A program made the position numbers and the translations under genes. A DNA stretch of 64,000 bases, from positions 239,682-303,681 of the forward strand of contig CAZZLD010000001.1 of the NCBI GenBank assembly GCA_964655075.1, given 5' to 3'. Below are positions 54,318 through 64,000 of this stretch, piece by piece. The notes under the pieces were generated by a model. It saw nothing but the letters and a program-made list of their open reading frames with translations, was not told the DNA's origin and did no database searches. Source of the DNA: an uncultured Candidatus Bathyarchaeia archaeon. GTDB taxonomy: Archaea > Thermoproteota > Bathyarchaeia > Bathyarchaeales > Bathyarchaeaceae. Within the stretch, counting starts at the first letter, position 1, and each line of letters starts with the position of its first letter.

Positions 54318-57088
54318 TTCTTTCCCTCCGTCTGCTGCTTCACCATTTCGCCTATCCTTTTCAGTGCTTCCGGCACCTTTTTGATTAATGTCCCGCCACC
54401 TTGGGCGAAGTCTGGTCTGCCGCTTCCCCCGCCGCCAAGTACGGATGCTGCTTTTTTGGCGATTTCGCTCGCGTCTACGCCCTGTTTAATCGCCTTTTTT
54501 CCAGCCATTATCACGATTCTAGCGGTCTTGTCCACGTGACATAATGCAACGACTGCTTCCGGCTCTGTTTTCACCAATTCGCTAGCTATTTTAATCAGGC
54601 GGTCAACTTTAACATCTTTGAACGCTTGAGCTACAACCTTTAACCCCGAAATCTCCTTAGCGTTTATTAGATATTCCTTAGCTGACAGTTCGGCGAGCTC
54701 CTCAGTTAGGCGTTCCTGTTCACGGCGCGCTTCCTTCCACTCCTCAACGAACCGCTCAGCAGTTTTCCCAACCTTTTCAAGTGGCACGTTCAAGGCTTCA
54801 GAAACTTTCCAGAGCAAACCTTCGTTTCGTTGCACGGCTTTTAGAGCTGGAAGACCAGCGCTGAAGACCAGCCGTTCGACGCCGTCTTGGATTCTCTCGG
54901 TGTGGACAATTTTGATTAATCCTATTTCTCCTGTTGTTTTGCAGTGGGTTCCACCGCAGGCTTCAACTTCCCAACCCGCGGTTTTTACAACGCGGATTTC
55001 ACGTCCGGGTACAACTCCGCCCTGATACAGCCTAAACCCGTAGCGTTTCTCAGCCTCTTCCCGTGGGACCCAAGAGGTCTCGACCTTCAGATTTCGCATA
55101 ACCACCTCGTTAGCCAACCGCTCAATCTCGTGGACTTCATCCAACGTTAACCGCTTGTAATGCGAGATGTCGAGCCTAGTCGCTTCCACGCCTTTCTGGG
55201 CACCTGACTGCCAAACGTGCTCTCCGAGAACCCGCCGCGCCGCGCCCATGAGAACGTGAGTCGCCGTATGATGCCTCATGAGACTGATTCGCCGCTTCCA
55301 ATCGATAACGCCCTTTATCTTGGCTCCTTTGCGTGGAACCGCGCCTTTAACAACATGAAAGATAACGTTTCCGATTTTCTGAACATCAACAACCTCCGAG
55401 CGGTTTCCGCCAAATTCTAAATGCCCATGGTCTGCAGGTTGCCCTCCACCCTCTGGGTAAAAGGCGGTTTTATCCAAAACCACCCGCTTACCAGCTAAAA
55501 CCTTGAGAACCTCAGCTTCAAATTCAGAGACATACGCATCCTCATAATACAACCTACGCGTCTCAGGAAGCCCAGAAACAGCTTCGTCTAACTCCTCCGA
55601 TGTCTCAGTCTCCTGCGAAGGCGAAGCCTGAACGTGTTTTTCCGCAACCCGCATGTAAAAATCATCAGGCACATCCGTCTGAATCTGCTTCGCCTCAACT
55701 GTTTCTCGGACAATTTCCGGCGGAAGACCATGAGAATCATAAAGCTCAATCAACGTTGCCTCAGGAATTTTAGAGACGCCTTTAGCCTTTAACTCCTCAG
55801 CTATCCGCGTGACAAGCGTCCTTCCCCGCTGGATGGTCTCCTTGAACTTGTCGCGCTCCGCAGAGAGAATCTCCAGTATCTCTCCCCGCATTTCTTTTAA
55901 ATGCGGAAAATCACGCGACCAAAAACCGATCTGCTCATCTACAATGTCAAGCAGCTTCGCTTCTATCCCGAGGGTTCTAAGGGCCCTGTAGGTTCGGCGG
56001 AGCATCAACCTAGTCAGGTAGCCCTCACGCACGTTGGACGGCACAACCCCTTCGGAAAGCATAAAAACCAAGCATTTAGTATGATCCGCCACAGCGAAGG
56101 CGTTCTCAACAGGCAGCAACGCCTTGCCCAGTTCCTCTACGCTCATGCCTAAAGATTCAGCCACTTGTCTCTGAGTTTCCTGCCGCCTAGCCTTTCTTTC
56201 CAAGCTCATTATGCCGGAAAGTTCAGCCACCTTCTTCAGAAGTTCATTGTCTAGTTTTCCGACGTCCGCCATTTTCAAAATTTCACCTAGAATGTGATCG
56301 TAAACTGCGTGGAAGCCGCTGACGGTTCCCTGCGATATCCAAGTGAATCTTTCCATTCCATAGCCGGTGTCCACTGTTCGTATGGGCAGTTCTACGAATT
56401 TGTCGCCGACAACCTTAAACTTCATGAAAACCAGCGTGGCTACTTCCAACCCTTGAACAATGCTTTCAACGTCAGGTCCAGCGTTTCCGCCGCCTATCCA
56501 TACGCCCTCCTTGTAGACAACTTCCTCAGAGTTTATGCCCAGCTCCTTCGTAACGAACTCGTGGTGATACCGAACTGTTTCGTCCTTCCAATAAACTTCC
56601 TTGCGCTTACTGTTAAACGCATGATGCCCTCCCATTTCAAAAATGGTTAGGTGCCGACCGAAAGTAGGCCCAACGTTGTCTACGTCCACAAACCTGATGC
56701 AGGGCTGACTTATCACAAGAGGATTAGCCGGAGGAGGAGTTATGCCCTCTGTGACGTAAGGCTGAAAATCAATGATGCTGGCGTGGGTGAAGTAGAGGTC
56801 GTCACGCCACCTAGCCACAACCGGATATGGCTTAATTCGCTTATGCCCATGCCTCTCGAAGAAGGATAAGAATGCCTCCCGCATCTCTCGGAGGCTGTAC
56901 TGTTTCCGTGTCGGCGGATTACCGATGAAAGTGTAGGGTGAGCACCCTTCAGGGGTTGACTCGCCGCAAAGCTTCTGATCCGGGTTCTGCGTCCAAAAAT
57001 ATTCCTTGCATTTGGGACAGAGCCGTCTGACGTAACCGTTTTCGCTAAAGAAAGGAAGGTGGTACTCCTCCTCTGGAAAACGCTTCAA
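54314..57088 (-). CDS. alaS: Alanyl-tRNA synthetase (archaeal type)
   Basis: RFVDVDNVGPTFGRHLTIFEMGGHHAF and the editing-domain HHTATHVL...CGGTHC. 924 aa. The stop overlaps the leuS start by 4 nt. Confidence 0.95.
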   Translation of the reverse strand: MKRFPEEEYHLPFFSENGYVRRLCPKCKEYFWTQNPDQKLCGESTPEGCSPYTFIGNPPTRKQYSLREMREAFLSFFERHGHKRIKPYPVVARWRDDLYFTHASIIDFQPYVTEGITPPPANPLVISQPCIRFVDVDNVGPTFGRHLTIFEMGGHHAFNSKRKEVYWKDETVRYHHEFVTKELGINSEEVVYKEGVWIGGGNAGPDVESIVQGLEVATLVFMKFKVVGDKFVELPIRTVDTGYGMERFTWISQGTVSGFHAVYDHILGEILKMADVGKLDNELLKKVAELSGIMSLERKARRQETQRQVAESLGMSVEELGKALLPVENAFAVADHTKCLVFMLSEGVVPSNVREGYLTRLMLRRTYRALRTLGIEAKLLDIVDEQIGFWSRDFPHLKEMRGEILEILSAERDKFKETIQRGRTLVTRIAEELKAKGVSKIPEATLIELYDSHGLPPEIVRETVEAKQIQTDVPDDFYMRVAEKHVQASPSQETETSEELDEAVSGLPETRRLYYEDAYVSEFEAEVLKVLAGKRVVLDKTAFYPEGGGQPADHGHLEFGGNRSEVVDVQKIGNVIFHVVKGAVPRKGAKIKGVIDWKRRISLMRHHTATHVLMGAARRVLGEHVWQSGAQKGVEATRLDISHYKRLTLDEVHEIERLANEVVMRNLKVETSWVPREEAEKRYGFRLYQGGVVPGREIRVVKTAGWEVEACGGTHCKTTGEIGLIKIVHTERIQDGVERLVFSAGLPALKAVQRNEGLLWKVSEALNVPLEKVGKTAERFVEEWKEARREQERLTEELAELSAKEYLINAKEISGLKVVAQAFKDVKVDRLIKIASELVKTEPEAVVALCHVDKTARIVIMAGKKAIKQGVDASEIAKKAASVLGGGGSGRPDFAQGGGTLIKKVPEALKRIGEMVKQQTEGKK

Positions 57089-57201
57089 TCTGCATCCTCC
57101 ACAAAGGAAAATCTAACGGTTACAGAAGTTAAGTCTTAAGGAAGATTTAACTATTTTATAAATTTAGCAGGCACACAAGAGAGGAAAAAGAGGCTAGCGA
57201 A

Positions 57202-57510
57202 CTAACCGAATAATGCGCCAAGCCCTTCTAGGGCCTTCTCTTCTTCTTTCTCTTCCTTTTCCTTCTTTTTCTTTTCCGCTGGCTTCTCTTCTGTCTTTGG
57301 CGCAGGCGCAGTTGGGGCTGCCGCTGACATCACCATAGGCTGAGACTTTAGGGCCTCGTCGATGTTGACTTCAGCAAGGGAAGCCACGAGGGCCTTCACT
57401 CTAACGGCGTCGGCGTTAACGCCCGCAGCCTTAAGCACACTCGTTAAACTGTTCTCATCGATCGGTTTTCCCGCCTTGTGCAACAATAACGCGGCGTAGA
57501 CATATTCCAT
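57202..57510 (-). CDS. rpl12: Acidic ribosomal stalk protein P1 (aL12)
   Basis: MEYVYAALLLH...; Ala/Pro hinge; KKKKEKEEKEEE; C-terminal GLGALFG. Confidence 0.9.
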   Translation of the reverse strand: MEYVYAALLLHKAGKPIDENSLTSVLKAAGVNADAVRVKALVASLAEVNIDEALKSQPMVMSAAAPTAPAPKTEEKPAEKKKKEKEEKEEEKALEGLGALFG

Positions 57511-57707
57511 TAGTTTTCACCACATATCTTTTCCACTCATCTTCCTTTTCAACTTTTCTGATCGGAACCCTAAATTATGTTTTAGGTGACTTTACGATCG
57601 AACATCAGGTTAAAAAAGGTAACGGTCATGTCAACTAAGTTTTAGCGATCAGCAATCAATTTCATAATCTTCAGGGCTTGTAGTAATGGTTATATCAAAC
57701 ATTAGAA

Positions 57708-58802
57708 ATGAGGAATGTAGGTAGCCAACAAATGTCCAGCGGTATAACCAACATTACACAAGTATTCAAGAAAAACACTGACAATCTAATAAAACTCTTA
57801 ACTCTCCTCTCGTTCATCATACCATTTCTCGTGTTATATTTTCTATATCCATACTCCTTTGAGGCAACATGGAAAGGCAGAACCTACTACCTTTTTTTTC
57901 TATGGCTCTTTTTTCTAGAGATGATATTGAGTTGGGAACAGCTACAAACAAAAAAATGGAAACTAAAATCCATAAGAACTGTGGCTCTCATCATAGCCCT
58001 CCTGCTTCCTTCAATCTATGTGGTTGCTGCCAACTATTTCGGATTGAACACGATGATTGTGAACTTGGCTGTTCAATACAATGTGCCCCTTGCAGACTGG
58101 ATGCCCCTCGCAACAGAATATCTGGTTTTTACAGCGCTTTTTGCATCGATAATTCTGCTGGCATATGGAATCCACGGCTTAATTGATTTCGCGATCTCTG
58201 CATTCTTTTTGGGCATTATCGGAGTGATATACACGATAGACAATTTATATCCAGAGGGAAGCTTCACCCCATTCCAGTTTCTCGTTCCAACCACGGCGAG
58301 GCTCGCAGCAACCGTTCTAAATCTACTGGGATACCAAACACATTGGTTTGGCATATACGGCGGCATGCCCACTTTTATTGCTTGGGATTCCCAGGGAAGA
58401 TATTCTCTTCCTTTTTCAATAGCTTGGCCGTGTTCAGGCATTGAGAGCCTTGTAATCTATACTGTCATAATGCTGTTGTTTTTGAAGAAATCCAATATTT
58501 CTTGGATACGAAGGATAATCTATTTTGTAATTGGCGCTATAGTCACCTATTTCATTAACATTCTGAGAATTGTTACCATTTATGTGATTTCAATAAACGC
58601 TGGAAACATCTGGCGTTTTCATGACTATTACGGCCAATTGTACTCCATCGCATGGATAATATCTTACCCACTGTTGATAACGTTTCTTCATTCACGGACG
58701 TTTTCGCGTTTACCCCGCTTCCATAAGTGTTTCATATTATTTGCTTTATCCGTTTCCATAATGTTTGTGGTTTTAGCTGTTGTTGGCGGTCTATCGGCTT
58801 AA
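57708..58802 (+). CDS. Archaeosortase/exosortase family transpeptidase
   Basis: Polytopic membrane protein with AWPCSGIESL (catalytic Cys motif) and NILRIVTIY (conserved Arg). The start may be a downstream Met. Confidence 0.75.
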   Translation: MRNVGSQQMSSGITNITQVFKKNTDNLIKLLTLLSFIIPFLVLYFLYPYSFEATWKGRTYYLFFLWLFFLEMILSWEQLQTKKWKLKSIRTVALIIALLLPSIYVVAANYFGLNTMIVNLAVQYNVPLADWMPLATEYLVFTALFASIILLAYGIHGLIDFAISAFFLGIIGVIYTIDNLYPEGSFTPFQFLVPTTARLAATVLNLLGYQTHWFGIYGGMPTFIAWDSQGRYSLPFSIAWPCSGIESLVIYTVIMLLFLKKSNISWIRRIIYFVIGAIVTYFINILRIVTIYVISINAGNIWRFHDYYGQLYSIAWIISYPLLITFLHSRTFSRLPRFHKCFILFALSVSIMFVVLAVVGGLSA

Positions 58803-58865
58803 CGGTTGCCTCTTTTTAAGAGCCTGATTGATAAAATAACAGCTAATCTTTACACGTCATATTTC

Positions 58866-59720
58866 TTAATGATGAGAAAACAGGCTCATGAGTAGACCCG
58901 CTATCATGAGGCATGCTTTTAAACATAAAAGAAAAGTACATCCAACAATTATGGAAGGTGATTTCTTAAAGTCTCTAAAAACTTCTCTAATAGTATACAG
59001 GGAAGAATTGAAAAGCGAGGGAAGAACACGTTTTCTGGAACGCTGCATAAAAATGGGCACGGACTTTCCATAATGAAGATTTTTCAGTGAGATTTTTTTG
59101 ATTGAGTCTGGTTCATAATGGTAAAGCTTGGATTTGCATGAAGCTTCTCTTGTGTCTATTTCCTTTAATCGTTTGTAAAGATTGTAGTCTTCACCCCACA
59201 ACAGGTTAGCATCAAGCAGTCCTACCTGATTTATTCGTTCCTTAACAAAAAAGCGAGGTTCACCGGGTATGAGGTTTTCACGAGCAGCATACCGTTGCCC
59301 CACCTGCTCATAACAGTTTTTCCAAGTGGCTGAACAAAGACTCCAGAAGCCTTTTCCAATGAAAACTTCGGGAATCATAATCATTTCAACATTTTCATTT
59401 TTGCATTTTCTAACGCATTCCTCAATAGCTGATGGAGATAAAACTTGATCCGAGTCCAGAAAAAGTATGTATTTCCCCGTTGAATTAACCACGCCGACAT
59501 TTCTAGCTAGGGCTGGATTGGATTTTTGCTTTATTATTTTGGCGCCGAATTCGGTTGCTATTTTTACGGTGTTATCACTGCTAAAATTGTCAACAACTAT
59601 GACTTCACAAAGAGGGTAGCTTTGCATACGTATACTTTTGAGGCATTCTGTAAGAGTTTCACCTGAATTATAAGTAGGGATAATTATTGATACCTTTGGA
59701 TTTTCTGAATTTCTGTCCAT
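58866..59720 (-). CDS. Family 2 glycosyltransferase
   Basis: VSIIIPTYNSGETL...VIVVDNFSSDNT...LFLDSDQ (DxD). Confidence 0.8.
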   Translation of the reverse strand: MDRNSENPKVSIIIPTYNSGETLTECLKSIRMQSYPLCEVIVVDNFSSDNTVKIATEFGAKIIKQKSNPALARNVGVVNSTGKYILFLDSDQVLSPSAIEECVRKCKNENVEMIMIPEVFIGKGFWSLCSATWKNCYEQVGQRYAARENLIPGEPRFFVKERINQVGLLDANLLWGEDYNLYKRLKEIDTREASCKSKLYHYEPDSIKKISLKNLHYGKSVPIFMQRSRKRVLPSLFNSSLYTIREVFRDFKKSPSIIVGCTFLLCLKACLMIAGLLMSLFSHH

Positions 59721-59746
59721 TGATTTACCTCGGTTTGTTTGAGGAA

Positions 59747-62263
59747 TTAATCAGTTGGTGTAGATGTAATTTTAATATCATCAATATAAGCGACATTTTT
59801 GATACCATCAAAATCGTAATTTGCAAGCTCCAAAATAAAAGGATTGGGCAGAGACGAATTAAATGCTTGATACCATAAGGTGCTTAAATTAATGGACTCT
59901 AGCAACCCTTCAGATCCATTCAACGAGAGGGTATGAGCGTAATTCTCAAAAACTCCGTTTGGAGTTGCAATAGCTATGGTTTGGTTATGGTAAAAGTTAG
60001 AAAATACAATTGCAAAGGTATCTGCACCGTGAAAACCTTCAGTTGCATTGAAATAGAACGAAAAGGTAACATCCGAATTGTTTTGTACGAAGATCTCTCT
60101 AGAAACCCAATAACAATACTTCCATTCCCACACTGTATATACGGCCTGAGCTGTCAGTCTCAAAGATCTCTGTGAATTGTATCCTGACTCGGTCGCTATC
60201 GTCACGTTTCCTAGACCATTACCACTAGAGTATGCTTGCCATCCATTCTCATTCCAAGGTGAGTATTCAAAGTCGTCCATAAAAACGATGTTCGGATCTA
60301 CATAATCGAATTTAAACAAATAGGCGTTACGAAAGTTTTTCACTAACTTGAAGTTTGGGTTACCAAGGAACAGTTCAGGATTCCACTTGAAATCTCCTAG
60401 CCAATGATAAATAGCTTTTGAGCCTACAAAAACGTATGACACGTTGTAACCTAACATCAATTCATACGCGGTTTTATCCAGCGAGCAATTCCATAACGAG
60501 GCTACCAGTGTTTGATAAGAACGAGTAAAAGAGCTTCCTGAGTAAGGGAAAACTATTTTATGATGCGAAAATGATGGAATGAATAAACCCGCCTCATAAG
60601 GGTTAACGAGAATTACGGCATTTGATGTCAAATTTTCTTTCATCCAAAGCATCAAATCGTAGTCGGCCTGAGTGGCACCTGCAAATAGATTATACGAACC
60701 GCTTAAAGTTCCCGGGTCTACCACAACTCTGTAATACAAGAAAGGACTGAGTATTAACGAAAAAACTGTAATTTTTAACAGCAGATTTGAATAAGATTTT
60801 TTCGAAAAAATCTTTGATAGCCATTCAAGCTTGCAACCATCGCAGAACTTAGCAAGCTCCACAAAGAAAATGAGTATAAAAATATTTAGGGGGACCGTGA
60901 GGAGTATGCCTTGATGCCCCCAAGATATGATGTTAAAACCTGATGGAAGAAAGAACGAGACAAACGACAACAAAACCGCGGCTGCGGAAATAGCTAATGC
61001 GAAGCCAGCGCTGGATCTAATATTTTTGTGGTCTCTGGTTTTCCAGAGCAATAAGGCCAAGCCTATGAGGAGAGAAATCGTGATTACACGGAGTGGAAAA
61101 TGTGGTGACAAATTTTCAAAGGTCCAAGTTAATGTTCCGAATATGAAAAATTGTTGTTTAGGATATCCCGAAAAATCAGAAGGGATACCGATATTATGTC
61201 CTGGGTACTGATAAAAAGCGAAGAACCTGAACAAGAAAGGACTTAGAGGAATCAAACTGACTAAGAAAACTGTGAAAAACTCAAGTAAACTCCAATGCAA
61301 ATCGCGACATTTTTTGATAAAACAATAAATAAGAATTAAAACAGCAATCGCAAGTAGAATTTGGAGATAAGAAACAATAATAGCGCCAGCATAACCAAAA
61401 AGCAAACCAAGAATCACAAGTTCAAAGCCGGTCTTCTTACGAGAATGAAGTACAGAAAAAAATAGTCCAAGAACCACGAGGAAAAGAGGAAAACCCGTGA
61501 CAAAGGGATTCGCACCCCAGGTGATGTATAAAGGCCAACTGGAAACAAAAGCAAAAATAAAACTTAAACCTAAATAAAAGGGTCTATAGGACCACATTTT
61601 TTTGCCCAAAAAGTAAGCACCGAAAACAGAAAGTGCTATGAAAAGTGGGGTTACGTAAAGAACGGCTTTAGGCGCAACGTAATTTAACACGTAACAAGCA
61701 AAAGCAAAAATAACATGCGACGCTTGTGGATATACGATGCCTTCTGGCAGATAAGGTTGCAAAGTTAAAGGTATATGATTATTCTCTAGTAAGACCTCGA
61801 CCATAAGCGAATGTATAGACGTATCATGCGTACTTCCAAAAACAAGGTTTTGTATAGGAATAAGTTGAATGCCGAGGAGAAAAATGAAAATTCCAAACAG
61901 AAAAACGCAGTCAAAAACAGTCGTTTTATTCTTTAATAAAGTAATTCTAATTTTGCCACGATTAACATGTTTGAAGACTTTAAAGTGAATTAGAACTGAG
62001 AGAAGGGCGTTTAAAACGGTAAGCCCGATAATAACGGATTTACTGAAAAGGTTGAGGGGTAAAATGGCAATTACGTAAAGAATTAAGCCGCCGAGGTAAA
62101 CATCAAGTATGAAAATTTGCGGTAAATCTAGATCCGAAAATAATTTCAGACGTCTAATGACGAGAGCCCTGAAAGGTTCGCCGTTCAACGCCAAAAGAAA
62201 AGCACAGAAAATTAGTTGTAACATTAACAACAACATAGTTTTTTCCCTTTGTAGTCTTACCAA
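59747..62263 (-). CDS. Large polytopic membrane protein with an extracytoplasmic C-terminal domain (possible GT-C-like glycosyltransferase; function unproven)
   Basis: 838 aa. About 13 or more hydrophobic helices span the first ~500 aa, followed by a sequon-rich soluble domain. No WWDYG-type AglB motif found. Confidence 0.4.
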   Translation of the reverse strand: MVRLQREKTMLLLMLQLIFCAFLLALNGEPFRALVIRRLKLFSDLDLPQIFILDVYLGGLILYVIAILPLNLFSKSVIIGLTVLNALLSVLIHFKVFKHVNRGKIRITLLKNKTTVFDCVFLFGIFIFLLGIQLIPIQNLVFGSTHDTSIHSLMVEVLLENNHIPLTLQPYLPEGIVYPQASHVIFAFACYVLNYVAPKAVLYVTPLFIALSVFGAYFLGKKMWSYRPFYLGLSFIFAFVSSWPLYITWGANPFVTGFPLFLVVLGLFFSVLHSRKKTGFELVILGLLFGYAGAIIVSYLQILLAIAVLILIYCFIKKCRDLHWSLLEFFTVFLVSLIPLSPFLFRFFAFYQYPGHNIGIPSDFSGYPKQQFFIFGTLTWTFENLSPHFPLRVITISLLIGLALLLWKTRDHKNIRSSAGFALAISAAAVLLSFVSFFLPSGFNIISWGHQGILLTVPLNIFILIFFVELAKFCDGCKLEWLSKIFSKKSYSNLLLKITVFSLILSPFLYYRVVVDPGTLSGSYNLFAGATQADYDLMLWMKENLTSNAVILVNPYEAGLFIPSFSHHKIVFPYSGSSFTRSYQTLVASLWNCSLDKTAYELMLGYNVSYVFVGSKAIYHWLGDFKWNPELFLGNPNFKLVKNFRNAYLFKFDYVDPNIVFMDDFEYSPWNENGWQAYSSGNGLGNVTIATESGYNSQRSLRLTAQAVYTVWEWKYCYWVSREIFVQNNSDVTFSFYFNATEGFHGADTFAIVFSNFYHNQTIAIATPNGVFENYAHTLSLNGSEGLLESINLSTLWYQAFNSSLPNPFILELANYDFDGIKNVAYIDDIKITSTPTD

Positions 62264-62291
62264 GGCACACCTCTTAAAAAGTTAACGGCTA

Positions 62292-63434
62292 TCACCTTTC
62301 TAATAGTCTATTATAAATACCAATTATTTTGCTTGAATACTCTTTCCAGTTAAGGAAAGTGTTGGTACCCTCTGTAACTTTGGGGTAGGTTTTTCTTGTG
62401 GCCTTTAGAAGCGCACCTGCAATTTCTTCGGGGTTAAGAGAGTTAACTCCTTCCGCCAACCCAGCCTTAACTAGATGCGCTGTGGCACCGAAGTTTAAAA
62501 CAACCGCGGGAATCCTCATCAACAACGCTTCATAAACAACCCTGCTAAAACTTTCTAAAGGTGAAAGCATAATGAAAACGCTTGCTTTTGCAAACTCATT
62601 TAAAAGTTGCTGTCTGGATAAGCCGTGCTTCCACTCTATAGAGCTGTCCACACCTGAATCATAAGCTAGATTAGTTAAAGATTTGTATTCTGAACCTTCG
62701 CCCACTATTACAAGCCTGAAATGTGTGTATCCCTTTCCAATAAGGCATGCAAAACCCTTAATGACCTTGTCAACGTTTTTGTAACGTCTTAAAGCCCCAA
62801 CGTAGAGAATTCTTTTAGGTTCCACAGGATCGTGTTTCACATCCCTGATTTCATCAACATCTATACCTTCAGGAACCAAAAGAACATTACGACAACGAGG
62901 AAAATCTTGGCAAAGGATCTTTTTCTCATACGTTGAATTAGCTATTATGAGAGCTGCACGGGAGAAAACTACATTGTTGAGGGCATATTTGTAAAGTTTA
63001 AATACAGAATTCCTAAGAGGGGATTGCCCAAAACGATGATAATGCGGTTGTAGCAGTAAGCTTTGTTTTCTACGTTTAAACAACGCTACAAGAAAAGGTA
63101 GAAAAGTGTGAATACTGTGCACATGAACAATCTCTGCTTTCTCACGTCGTAAAGCTGCAACAAGTTTCGGTTCTGTAATATAAAACGGATCAGCTAGCAA
63201 GGAGATAAACCTTCGAACTAAGACACCGTTGATTTCTTGCTGTCGTACCATGCTATTAATTAGATCAGCTGAATAGACGGTTACTCGGACTCCGTCTGCA
63301 GCCAGAGTTTCACTTATCTTCTGTACAATTATTTCTACGCCGCCAATGTTAGGTAAATATTGTGGAGTAACTTGCAGAACATTCATGAGGCGGTCCTCTA
63401 ACGTTATATCTTTGTGCTTTTTATCGGCTCCCAA
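62292..63434 (-). CDS. Family 4 (GT-B) glycosyltransferase
   Basis: Q..PNIGGVE N-terminus, HVHS, and ESFSRVVYEALLMRIPAVV (E-x7-E region). Confidence 0.8.
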   Translation of the reverse strand: MGADKKHKDITLEDRLMNVLQVTPQYLPNIGGVEIIVQKISETLAADGVRVTVYSADLINSMVRQQEINGVLVRRFISLLADPFYITEPKLVAALRREKAEIVHVHSIHTFLPFLVALFKRRKQSLLLQPHYHRFGQSPLRNSVFKLYKYALNNVVFSRAALIIANSTYEKKILCQDFPRCRNVLLVPEGIDVDEIRDVKHDPVEPKRILYVGALRRYKNVDKVIKGFACLIGKGYTHFRLVIVGEGSEYKSLTNLAYDSGVDSSIEWKHGLSRQQLLNEFAKASVFIMLSPLESFSRVVYEALLMRIPAVVLNFGATAHLVKAGLAEGVNSLNPEEIAGALLKATRKTYPKVTEGTNTFLNWKEYSSKIIGIYNRLLER

Positions 63435-64000
63435 ATATACGGAACTTTACCTTTACTTAAGGCGGTGCTGGCCTGAAAATAAGCAATAATTTCTAAAAAT
63501 CCTCCCAGTAACGCGTAGAAAATTTCAGTGGGTCTTAGAGCAGAAATAGCTTGTAGAACATTCTTAAAACTCGAAGTGGAAACTTTGATGCCTGTTTCAT
63601 TCCGCAATTGTATATGCCCAATTCGTATTCTTTTGCGCTGTTTCAGTAGATCATTAATGTTTGTTGGGCATTTTATGTATACTAAAGCATCGGGGACATA
63701 AAGTATGTCATAACCTTTCTTGCGAATAGCCAAGTCGATATATGGTTCATCCGTAGCCACATTTTCAGGAATCGCTTGGAGACAAAACGTGCGTATCGCA
63801 CAAAGTTCCCCTGAGAATTTAGGTTTAAGAAGAGAGATGATATGATGTAAACGCCATATCACATGCACGATTTCATAGCAGATACCACGAGATTTTTTGA
63901 TAGGGACTGGCCGCGCGAAAACTGCGCCAGCGTTACTGTTTTCAAGTCTAGAAATTAGTTTTGTTATGCTTCCACGCTCGGGCAAAGTATCCGCGTTAAC
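63404..64000 (-). CDS. Family 2 glycosyltransferase, N-terminus outside the window
   Basis: The reading frame stays open to the window edge (…VNADTLPERGSITKL…, DADT = DxD region). The TTG 'start' at 63985 in the track is probably internal. Confidence 0.6.
   Translation of the reverse strand, partial: VNADTLPERGSITKLISRLENSNAGAVFARPVPIKKSRGICYEIVHVIWRLHHIISLLKPKFSGELCAIRTFCLQAIPENVATDEPYIDLAIRKKGYDILYVPDALVYIKCPTNINDLLKQRKRIRIGHIQLRNETGIKVSTSSFKNVLQAISALRPTEIFYALLGGFLEIIAYFQASTALSKGKVPYIWEPIKSTKI

Overview
This is an archaeal chromosomal segment. The evidence is an archaeal-type NMN adenylyltransferase, an ATP-dependent DNA ligase, Fae-Hps, DGGGP synthase, the tRNA-splicing endonuclease EndA, acidic ribosomal protein P1, archaeal-type LeuRS/AlaRS, an archaeosortase and intron-containing tRNAs. 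The lineage cannot be fixed from sequence alone; an uncultured TACK/Bathyarchaeia-like archaeon is only a guess. I support about 60 CDS and two tRNA-Arg genes. I found no CRISPR array, rRNA, transposase or integrase.

Layout:
- 0-20 kb: repair and housekeeping genes (Nudix, Ogt, NMNAT, UDG, cysteine desulfurase, macro domain, HTH-Fae-Hps, an APC permease, DNA ligase), then a 1.4 kb gene-poor gap with RNA-like structure.
- 20-35.6 kb: tpiA followed by a roughly 14 kb alpha-glucan (glycogen-like) island. It holds a debranching enzyme, an NDP-sugar pyrophosphorylase::PGM-like fusion, two GH57 enzymes, four GT4-type paralogs and GalT.
- 35.8-43.5 kb: three DhnA-family aldolase homologs, an aldehyde:ferredoxin oxidoreductase, a PEF-CTERM beta-helix surface protein and a PPi-type phosphofructokinase.
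- 43.6-57.5 kb: small regulators, two intron-containing tRNA-Arg genes, endA, the DGGGP synthase gene, hisS, leuS, alaS and the P1 gene.
- 57.7-64 kb: an archaeosortase plus an AT-richer surface-glycosylation cluster.

Most unusual observations:
1. A Lys-less aldolase paralog and an aldolase fused to a 16-Cys polyferredoxin sit directly upstream of the AOR.
2. A GT4 glycosyltransferase carries a C-terminal winged-helix domain. A free-standing paralog of that domain is encoded divergently, and both end in CS[VI]FT.
3. The GT4 paralogs share perfectly identical DNA tracts.
4. A strand-specific, G.U-rich structured-RNA candidate is bracketed by two copies of a 15-bp palindrome.
5. tRNA-Arg(CCG) has a predicted intron at non-canonical position 29/30.
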